Below are positions 54,051-64,000 of a stretch of 64,000 nt of DNA, piece after piece. Numbering within the stretch: position 1 is the stretch's first letter; the number at the start of each line of letters is the position of its first letter. Source of the stretch: Nageia nagi (taxonomy: Eukaryota > Plantae > Pinophyta); assembly GCA_050084985.1 (NCBI GenBank), contig JBITNC010000001.1:186000001-186064000 (forward strand), read 5' to 3'. The notes under the pieces were generated by a model that saw nothing but the letters and a program-made list of their open reading frames with translations, did not search any database and was not told where the DNA came from. Both the position numbers and the translations under genes were made by a program.

Positions 54051-55052
54051 TATTAATCACTTTTTCTTATTGAGAGAAAAAGGGGACATTAGGGATCTAA
54101 GATCCTCCTTTTAATGAGGTGGTCCTTGATGTGTTTACTTAGTGATAATGGATTATATTAATACTTATGTTATTTTTCTCACAATATTTACCATACTAAG
54201 ATTAAATACTTGATCCACTAATTCTAGAAAAGTAAGCAATTACTTAATGTTTGTAACTTGGTTGCATTAGACTTGCTCAAATTATCCAAGATATGAAGAA
54301 GGTTGCAATATGTTTGGCACAAGTATCTCTTTAATTATTGAATGAAAGTTCTAATATTTTTATATTTTTTCACTTTTTCTCTAAATTTTCAATGACTTAT
54401 TTCATTTTCATCATAACTTTTCTTATCATTGAAGAAAATGGTCACTCCACTAATTTTTGAAAATTAAAATATTCCATCAATGTTTTTAACTAGATTAGAG
54501 AATCTTACTCAATTCAATCAATTTATAAGTAAAGAATGATATATATCATGTAGATTTCCTTACACATAGTTTCTTTTACTTTTTTTGATGAGCACTTAAT
54601 TTCTTTAGTGATATGTCATATTGCATAGCTTACACAACACATCACATTTTTTTCACCAACTCAAATGTTGACTTATTTTTAAGTTTACAAAAAGATAGCA
54701 TTATATAAGTATAAGAAATGAATTATTACATATACTTGAAATTCATCTCATCACTTAAACAAATATCAAAGAAAAACATACACATGAACTGAATGCAAAA
54801 GATACTATCTTAATATTGCAAAAGATTTAAAGTGTTAGAGAGAGACCCTTACAAATGATATACCCTCTCCTTTAAGTAATATATATAAGTAGTTAACTTT
54901 GAAATAAAACCTTAACTTCCCTTTGAAATCCTAATTACAAAATAATCAAAAGTTGGCTAAGTTTGAAAATTAGCTAGCTCAAAAAATGATAGTCTGGAAA
55001 CTTAAAAAATTAGACTAAATCTAGAGATTAAGGGGGAAAAAAATTTCTAAGA
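54051..55052 (-). repeat. LTR copy A (~1.0 kb)
   Basis: tattaatc...ttctaaga; aligns by eye with 59617-60636. Confidence 0.8.
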
Positions 55053-55899
55053 CCCTTAACTTTATTACAATGCTAAAACTCATGAAAATAATTCATCAAT
55101 TTACTGATGGTGAGGAAGGAAAAAGGGAAATCATTTTCATGACTTTTTATAGATATCATTGCTAGAGAAGTCTTGAAACTTATCATGATCTTCCATAAAT
55201 ACTTGATGCTGATAGATAACCTATCCTGTTTCCCATTATGTGAATTTTTGATGTGCAATTTTGACTTGGTAAATCCAAGAGAGATAACATTCATATGCTA
55301 TGAAGGCTTCTTCAAGATCTTTTGATTGTAATTTCTTTTCTAGAAGTTCTATTAGGCTTGCTTTAACTTCTTCATCACTCCTCCACTAGATGGACTCTTC
55401 AAGGGTTTGGATATCTATCAAATCAATAATATCCCTATTATCTTGGTATAGTTTATCAAATTCTTATTTAAAATCCTTACATCTTTGTTTTGTATTTGAA
55501 AACCAATAAAAAAGGAATGAAAATTATTTATAAAAATTCAACAATCACTCATCATTGATAATCTCCCACTCAATTCTTATCATATTTTCCACTTCAACTA
55601 TCCATTGATATATAAATTTATTATATCATCCTCAACACCATACAACTAAAAATTGATATTATTGAAGTAAATGAGGTCATGGTATGTATTTGGGAAGACT
55701 TTGGTTGCTTTTTAATTCTTTTCATTTTACATTTGGATTCAAATTAAATGCCACCATTGACTTTGATATCTCTTTAATCAAATTTTGATAATTGAAGTGA
55801 TAATTTCAATCATAAAGGTTTTCTAACTCAATCTATCCTAGAAATATTATGTTTGAATCTAACTGCATACTTTTGTTTGATTGTATAAAGCTTGATGAA

Positions 55900-56430
55900 T
55901 ATTCTTTAGTGCATTGCAAAAAGCGTAAAAGCTACTTGTCAGAATCAAAGACTTGTCAATGCTCAACATTGTTTGGTATAATTGTTATGAAATTTTACTC
56001 AATGTGATGGTACCCTAATCCATTTGAAGGGAATGGCTTTATCATGATGGCTGATACAACTAAAGAATTTGCTTGAGAATTCTAACTTCAAGGAATAGCA
56101 ATTATATTGAAGGAATCAAAAGTTTTAGTCATGTTCCATATAATATGTCTTTATGATCATAACTTAGAATTTTTGGTATAAAACTAAATTTTAGCTTATT
56201 TGAAAATTAATTCTACATCCTTGAAACATACTAGATTTTGAATCTATAACTTTTCTTTGCTAATTTTAGACCTTGATAAAAGGCTTCATATTCAATAATA
56301 TTATTAATGTAGTGAAAAGTCAACCTCATTGGAAAAAAAAATTCTTAACCCCATTAGGAGCTATAAAAATGACACTCTCTCAATTTACTTCTCTATGTTT
56401 ACTACCATAAAAATACATTTTCCATACATC
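55900..56430 (-). pseudogene. Additional (archaeal-type) RNase H relic located directly after the protease
   Basis: VIFIAPNG, INNIIEYEAFYQGL, CFKDVELIFK, IWNMTKTFDSFNIIAIP..NSQANSL and IPNNVEH*QVFDSD. Confidence 0.75.
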
Positions 56431-56679
56431 ATCATATTTAGGATATCATTATCTCTTTTGGAGTCTTCTTCAATAGCTTGATATGAACCAATTTTTGCAT
56501 CTTGAAAGAAAACTATGAATTGATTTTTAGGTAAGTCAACCTCATGATTAGGAACTTCTTGAATATTCCCTTCAATCTTGATTTCTTTGGGGATAACCAC
56601 CCATCTTTGTTTAGCTTTGGGTTTAAGAATTTATAATGTATCTTTAATCAAGATCTATGCAAAAGACCAATCCAAGGAA

Positions 56680-57000
56680 ATCTTACCACCCATAGTCACT
56701 CCAAACTATCTTCCTAGTAGCATTCCATAAGCGATAGGCATGTCAACTACCAAAATACTCATAAGAAGTTTTCAAGATAGAAATGTGGATAAGTTGATGA
56801 TGATATCTTTGACTTTACCCACTATCTTTACATCAAAAGAATCCATTTAGAAATAAGAATCTTCACATTCAATAAAATTCACTTTCAAAATATGAGCAAA
56901 TTTCAATAGTATAATGTTATATGTAGCTTCTAAATCTAGGATATAATTGCACAACTTTCTACTATTCATCCAAAGAGACATGTAAAATGGGGGCAATGTA
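56680..57000 (-). pseudogene. Aspartic protease relic (Tat-like)
   Basis: PPFYMSL....KLCNYILDLEATYN and VVDMPIAYGMLLGR. Confidence 0.8.
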
Positions 57001-57799
57001 GCCATTTTCTATTAAGCTATGTAAACCTATTCTCCAATGTTAACCTTCCCCATAATAAGGTTTACATGTATTTTAGTAGGTTTAATCACATATAGGAGTT
57101 TTTTCATAGCTTACGGATCACTCTTCAAAATTTATAAGATGGATACATTATCCATATTTTTGGAATAGTTTTCAACTATACTACATTTTAAATTAGATAG
57201 ATCCTTTTTATTTTGCTCTATTTGGATTTCTTTATATTTTTTCTAACTTTTATATTATTGTTGAGCTTGAAGCTTGGTTTGGGATGTTGTTGGTATGGTG
57301 TAACATTAAGAAAATTCAATACTATCTTGGAAGAAATTTTTTGGAACACCTTCATTATTTTCTTCCAAGAGTAAATTAGATTCTCCTTATTAAACTAGGT
57401 CATAGCTTCCCAATAGTACTTCATTTTCTATAATCATCTCATGTAAGATATTCATAGTAATACAATTGTTAGGATCATGTTCATACTTACAAAGATTACA
57501 ATTAGAATTTGGTGTTAAATATTTTGGTCTATCCAAAGGAATAAGTATTTTATTCTTCTCTTCTCTAAAATCTCCTCTATTTTGATATGGAAAGTTTTTG
57601 AAGTTTTGTTGAGTTCTAAATCCCTAATGCATATTATGAGTCTGTTGAATATTCATATTAGCTAATTTCCTTAAAAAATCATTTTCAACCTATTTTCATT
57701 AAGGAGATTCACTTTTATCTTCTTTACCAGATGATTTAACATTCCCTTATCTTGATTCAAAAGGTTTATTTCTCTTAATTTTTGTTGTAGTAATCATAA

Positions 57800-58400
57800 A
57801 TTCTTCATGTGTAATTACTTCATCCACTACATTCTAGAATGTAGTAGGTTCATATACTATTACCATATATCCCAACTCAATATGTAGAGCATTAATGTAG
57901 AAACATTTTTTGACTTATTTGATAGGCTACAAATTCTTAGGGATTTTACGAAAGATTTTTTTAAAATGGTCCACTAGTTGTGGAATAGATTCTTTATCCT
58001 TCTTCTTTATATGTGAAAGTTCATTGATTAGCTCTGTTCTCAATACCCAACTTTTTAATCTTAAAAAAAATGCATCTGATAAGTTATCCGAATTGAGATT
58101 GATCCAATAGGAAGAGAATTATACCATTGTAGAGTAGAATCTATGAGAGTTTTGAAAAACATGCATACTACAACATCTTTATATTCAACCACATTTACTT
58201 TGTAAAAAGTGTTGAAATTTTCAAGATGTTTCTCTAAGGTATTACTAGATTGGTCTACTAAAAAAGAGAAAGATTTATAGTTTCTTTAGGGAGCTTATGT
58301 CTTTATGCTTATAAATTCAAAGTTCTAAAATTATTTTCCCATGGTCATGGAAGTCTTTGATTTCTGTCTACCATATCAAAAGCTTTTGTATCATATTTAG
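57800..58400 (-). pseudogene. gag relic (Tat-like)
   Basis: LEKHLENF..VEYKDVV.CM and HIKKKDKESIPQLVDHF..FYINAL lie between the PBS and the protease. Confidence 0.6.
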
Positions 58401-59594
58401 AACCTACAAAATCAATTTTCTATTCTTTACATGATATACTTCTTATAGGAGTGTGGCTTATCATTTCAATAAGTGTGGTATTTAGATTTATATTTTCTCA
58501 TTCTCTTTAAAATATTCATAAATATCTTTCAAGTTATATAGGGTTAATATTTCAAGCACTTGTTTCAATCGATCTTGAGATTCGAGTTGTTCTTTTGGAA
58601 GGGCTTTCTAATTTGGATAAATTAAAAATTGATGAAGAATGTTGAACTTTGACTTCTTCTTAATGGATTTTTATAATTAAATGTGAAAGGTTGGGCTTCA
58701 ATGTCAAGGATAAAATTCAACTTTTCAAATCCTTTATCATCTGAATCGCTTTCATCTATTGGATATCCACTAGTTCCTAAGACTTCTTCAAAATATGTTT
58801 TTCCCAAAATCACCTTGCTATTAATAAGGTTTAACCCAATTTATTATTTGATTTGAAAAATGTATATGTGTCTTCTAACAACTTCATTGTTTTGTTGAGT
58901 TTTTGATGTTAAAGTTCTCTCTTAACTTCTTATCAATAACTCTTGCAATAAAATATCAAAGATTTAAGAGATTGGACTAGGTTCATTGATAATTGAAGAG
59001 AGATAACTAACACCAATAGTAGCTAAATTTTATGATGATAGCTATACTAAATTTATTTTGATTAAAGGAAAGAAACTTATCTTGAACCTAACTATATATT
59101 TTCTTCCTAATTCATAATATGACTCTATATGGTATCCACTAATATCTATTTTTTCTTCTTTGAATGTGCCCAAAGGTTCTACAAAAGTTGGAACTTTTGA
59201 ATTTACTTCACTCCAAAAGGCCCTTTCAAGGAATGTCTTCCTAGATTGTTGATTCTTAATCTGAGGTGAATTAGGAGGAGATATTTCTTTTATTATTGTA
59301 AATACTTGTAATTCACTTTGAGCCAAAATAGTGAAAATTAATTCATTGAAGAAAAGTGATTTATTCCTTATTTCTTCTCAAATCCTCCTAACTTGTTGAT
59401 TTTGTAAAATGTGATATCTTGCAGAGTTAGGATGAGGATTTGCCATATAGTTCCAACATTTGCTTTTTAGTTTTATTTTTAAAAAAGAGTAAATTTTGAT
59501 GTGGTTTTGCATTTAGAATACTTCCAAGTGACTAACTTGTTTCAAAGTCTCCAAGCTAGCCTTGAATAGCTAAAGGATAGATTCTTGACTCTCT

Positions 59595-59612
59595 TCCCTA
59601 GTAGAGTCACCA
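59595..59612 (-). promoter_or_regulatory. PBS, tRNA-Arg type
   Basis: Reverse complement TGGTGACTCTACTAGGGA versus TGGCGACTCCACTGGGGA (complement of the plant tRNA-Arg(ACG) 3' end, from recall); three transitions. Confidence 0.75.
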
Positions 59613-59616
59613 ATTC

Positions 59617-60636
59617 TATTAACCTCTTTTTTCATGTTGAGAGAAAAAGGGGACAATAAGGATTTAAGATCCTCCTTTTTATAAGGTGATTCTCAATGTG
59701 TTTCCTTAGTGATAATGGATTATGTTAATACTTATATTATTTTTCTCATAATCTTTCCCATACTTAGATTAAATACTTGCTCCACTAATTCTAGAAAAGT
59801 AAGCAATTACTTAATGTTTGTAACTTGACTACATTAGACTTGCTCAAATTATCCAAGATATGAAGAAGGTTGTAGTATATTTCACACAAGTATCTCTTCA
59901 CTTATTTAATGGAAGTTTTAATATTTTTTCACCTTTTCCTCTGAATGTGTAATGACTTAGTTCATTTCCATCATAACTTTTCTTATCCTTAAATTAAATG
60001 ATCATTCCACTAATTCCAAAAAAGTAAAATAATCACTTAATTATTTTAACTTGGATAAATAATATTGCTCAAGTTAATCAAGTTATAAGTAAATAATGAT
60101 ATATCTCATAGATATTACCTTGCACTTAGTTTCTTTTACGTTTTTGTTACAAGCACTTAGTTTCTTTAGTGATATTTCATACTACATAGGTTGAAGAACA
60201 CATCACATTTCTTTCACCAACTTTAATGGTAATTGCTTTTTAAGTTTACAAAAAGGTAGAATTATCTAAGTATAAGAAAATAATTACTACATAGACTTGA
60301 AATTCATCTCATCACTTAAACAACTATCAAAGAAGTAAAAACACATGAACTGAATGCAAAAGATACTATCTTGTTATTGTAGAAGCTTCAAAGTGTAACT
60401 TTTAGAATTCAAAGTGCTAGAGAGAGACCCTTACAAATGAGGTCCCCTCACCTTTAAGTAATTTATAGAAGTAGTTAGGTTTGAAACAAAACCCTAACTC
60501 CCTTAAGAAATCTTGATTATAGAATCATCAAAATTTGGCTAAGTGTGAAAAATAGCCAACTCAAAAAAAGATTAAGTCTAAAAACTTTAAAAATTAGACT
60601 AACTCTAGAGATTAAGGGGATAAACATTTTCTAACA
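59617..60636 (-). repeat. LTR copy B (central, shared)
   Basis: tattaacc...ttctaaca (decayed tgttag/ctaaca termini), adjacent to the PBS. Confidence 0.8.
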
Positions 60637-61845
60637 CCCTTAACTCCATTACAATGCTAAAAATCATGAAAAAAATTCATCAATTTATTGATAGTGAGGA
60701 AGGAAAAAGGTAATCATTTTCACAACTTTTGCTTTTATATAACTACTAGAGAAGTCTCAAACCTTATTAGATACTTCCATTAATCATTGATACTAATAGA
60801 TAACCTATCCTGTTGCCGATTTTGTGATTTTTTGATATGTATTTTTGACTTTGGAAATCCAAGATAGATTATGTTCATATGTCATGAAGGCTTCTTTAGG
60901 ATCTTTTGATTTTAATTTATTTTCTAGAAGTTTTGTTAAGCTTGCTTTAACTTCATTATCATTCCTCCACCAGATGGACTTGTCAAGGGTTTGTATATAT
61001 TTGAAATCAATAATATCTCTATTCTACTAGTATAGTTTGTTAGCCTCTTCTTTAAAAGCCTTGCATCTTTATTTTGCATTTGACAACCAATCAAAAAGAA
61101 ATGAAAAATCTTTGTAAAAATTTAACAATCACTCATCATTAATAATTTCTTGCTCAATTCTTGCCACATTTTCCACTTTATCTAGCTATTGATCTACAAA
61201 TTTATTTATATTAGCCTCAATTACACATAACTAAAAATTGATATTTTTGAGGTAAAAAAGGTCATGGTATGTATTTGGGAAGTCTTTGGTTGCTTTTTTA
61301 ATTAATTTTTTAATCCTCTTCTCAAATTTACAACTTGTCTTGTATCTGGACTTCAATTCATCTTTATCAAACCAAAATTCATCAAACTCTTTGAAATTTT
61401 TGTTCATTTCACTTTAAAGCTTATTTACATCTTATTCCTTCTTTGACTTGCTTTATTGGTCAAGTTCTTTGCACTTTAATTGCTAATATATGCATTTGAC
61501 TCTATTCCAAGTGGCCCAATGTCATAATCCATAGTGCTAACATTTATTTGTCTCTTGTCCTTAAGTTTCCTAACATTGGTGAAAAGTTTGCTCACTCATA
61601 GGATTTCTTTTCCAAATTCTACAATAGTTGATAATTTATGTGGAATGGAAGAAACCTCTTCACCTATATCTTGTATTTCTTCTTCCTCATGATTTCCACT
61701 AATAACTTCCTCAAGTATTTTAAGGTATGCATCAATATCTATGTTTTTCAAGAGATTTTTGGAACTAAGCTAATCAATGGTCATGTTATCATTGACTAAT
61801 ATTATTTTCTTATCATGCTCATTTTTTTTTCTTTCTCCTTTTTTT

Positions 61846-61878
<33 letters not shown>
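61846..61878. repeat. (ATC)11 microsatellite
   Basis: Seen directly; reads GAT repeats on the minus strand. Confidence 0.95.
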
Positions 61879-62282
61879 TCCATTTCCATCATTACCAACT
61901 ACTCTAGATGAATGTTTAGATAGAAGACTTTTGTGAACTTGAACCTTTATGAGGAGTAGGAGCTTTCTTAGCCTCATACCAAGTGGTCAGGAACTCTATA
62001 ATTTGAGTAGATCCCTTAGGAACTTATTGTAGAGGGATATTTGAAACTACCTCTTCTTAATGGGAATCTTCAGGGGTGGAGGAAGAGTAAGTGGTGATCA
62101 GATATAAACTAGAAGAGCCTTCATAAAAAATGGGTATATTTTACTTAATCTCTCCTTCTTCCTAAGAATCAATGATATTTACATATTCTTCCTCCCCTTT
62201 AGTATGAGTGTCTTTCATTGGACTAGGTTCTTAGTATTCTTCGAAACCTACTTTGACTTGCTCATTATCATATTCCTCTTAG

Positions 62283-62306
62283 TCTTCTTCTTCTTCTTCT
62301 TCTTCT
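62283..62306. repeat. (TCT)8 microsatellite
   Basis: Seen directly; reads GAA repeats on the minus strand. Confidence 0.9.
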
Positions 62307-64000
62307 CCCACTTGTTCATCCCCTCTCTCAATCCTATAGCTTCTTGACCTTGAGCTATGGTTAGACTTCAACTAGTTATCATCATTAGAATCATTAGAGC
62401 TACTAGAGGAATTACCATTGGAAGAAGGATTTCTAGTAGGGACTATAGTATGACTACTTTCTCCAATTTCAAATTAAGATTTTGAGTGTACAATTGATCC
62501 ATTAATTATTTTCAAAACATTAACTCCTTGTATTGAGCCAAACTGGTTAAAGTTGGGATCTTGTGTAAAATCTTTCTCAACTATTTATTGAGCTATAGGA
62601 TGTGGTGGAAGACTGTTAGGGCTTTTATCTCTTGATGTTCCTTCTCTTTTCTCTCTTTCTTCTTGAGCTAATTTATTTGAGATTCTCTGAATCTCAAGCT
62701 TTGAATGTATATTAATTAATTTCTCTATATGATCAAGGGAATGATGTTTGTAATTTTTATGCAAATTTTGATAAAATCTATCAAGCACTCCAATTGGATC
62801 ATAATTTATTTTCAACATGTGCCTCTCAAAATCATACCCTTCAATTTCATTTTTAAAGGTATTTTCTTCTAGCTATTTGTTCCAACAATACCATGATAGG
62901 GTGATAGGCATGTTGATTGGTGCTTATTTCTTCTCCTTAGCAAATTTTTCATGAAAATAAAAGGCCTATTTAAAAAATTCTAAAACCACCATTCTATCCC
63001 TGAGATATCATGGCAATTTGAAAGTTGCCACAGCTACATCGAATACTGTGATGTAAAGATTATCAAATCCTTATAAATAAATATAAACAAATTTCTTTAA
63101 AAATTCATAGGCTTCGATGGAAATTTTGGAGGGCATGTGTTGTGTTCCTTTCATCTCCTTGATTATGGCATATTCCCATTCATCTATTCTCATTTGAATA
63201 TAATTCCACTCTTAATCCTTGTTGAATTTGGGGTAGCCCATGTAAATATTTACCTTTCTATTGAATTATCTTTTTAATACTATGGGACCTTGACCAATTC
63301 TTGCCTTTAAGTGATAAAAATACTATTGTACATATAAAAGAAGGATCTTGTCTTCTTCACTTGTTTAAGCTACTCAATTATACCATCACTGATAACTTGA
63401 CTTTAGCATATGTTATGTCCTTTATTGACTTTATACAAGAAACCAAACAAATTATTCTCAAAATAAATGTTAATATATTTAACCAAAATCATGCATAAGA
63501 AGCTAATGGCTTTGTATGAGGTATCATGGAATAAGCACCTTTGGGCTTTCATTACAACTTGATGGGATAGGCCATGATGTTTTGGATTTAACAAAGACTA
63601 GATGAAGTCGCTAGGCCTATATTTGTTATTATATTCTTCATACTTCTAATCATCATCCTCTTAAGTGAAAATAATCCCTCAATTTGACCAACCCATAACT
63701 TTTTCAATACCTTCTTTTTTCAAGTATGCAATAATTGTTCCTTCTACATTAGTGACCACCTGCCTTATGAAATCAATATGCTCTGCTACTTCCAAACCCA
63801 ACACTACAAAGTTTAACAAAAATGGGATAACTATGGTTGAAAGAGTGTTAAATATTTAAGGACATATTTTTCTCTAACTTTCTTTGAAATCCCCTTTGCA
63901 TCCCTCAGCATAAAAACTAGGTTGGTATGATTCCATTTGGGGTCTCTTATATTCTCTAGCCTATCATAGTAATAGACTATCTATTTAACTCTTCCATCCT

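Larger units (their letters stand above)
60655..63900 (-). pseudogene. Decayed ~3-kb 3' accessory ORF of the Tat-like element (unknown function)
   Basis: Coding-like minus strand with LYITVFDV..FKLP*YLRDRMVVLEF, ORF 62585-62818 and acidic tracts. Its last ~700 bp are duplicated at 55053-55745. Confidence 0.55.
54051..64000 (-). mobile_element. Tandem Tat-like Ty3/gypsy structure: LTR, internal domain, shared LTR, internal domain (runs off the right edge)
   Basis: 54051-55745 is homologous to 59617-61360. The central LTR has a PBS on its left and 3' internal sequence on its right. Confidence 0.8.

Overview
AT-rich, strongly CpG-depleted plant heterochromatin-like DNA with no intact gene. The element families and PPR wording suggest a gymnosperm, but that is inference. 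Positions 1-23668 are a head-to-tail array of a ~1.64-kb monomer: 14 complete units plus a partial one running off the left edge. The monomer is cut from the pol coding region (end of RT, RNase H, integrase) of a minus-strand Ty3/gypsy retrotransposon. The array is still joined in situ to that element's RT, protease, gag, tRNA-Met PBS and ~2.7-kb 5' LTR (to 29041). All monomers share one integrase-to-RT junction, and they fall into two variants that mostly alternate as a ~3.28-kb dimeric higher-order repeat. To the right, a decayed PPR-like host sequence is split by a non-autonomous gypsy element (29271-39585), whose 5' LTR is itself split by a non-coding LTR element (29400-34036). Next come gag and LINE relics and a decayed accessory ORF. 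The window ends with two tandem Tat-like internal domains sharing a central LTR (54051 to the right edge).
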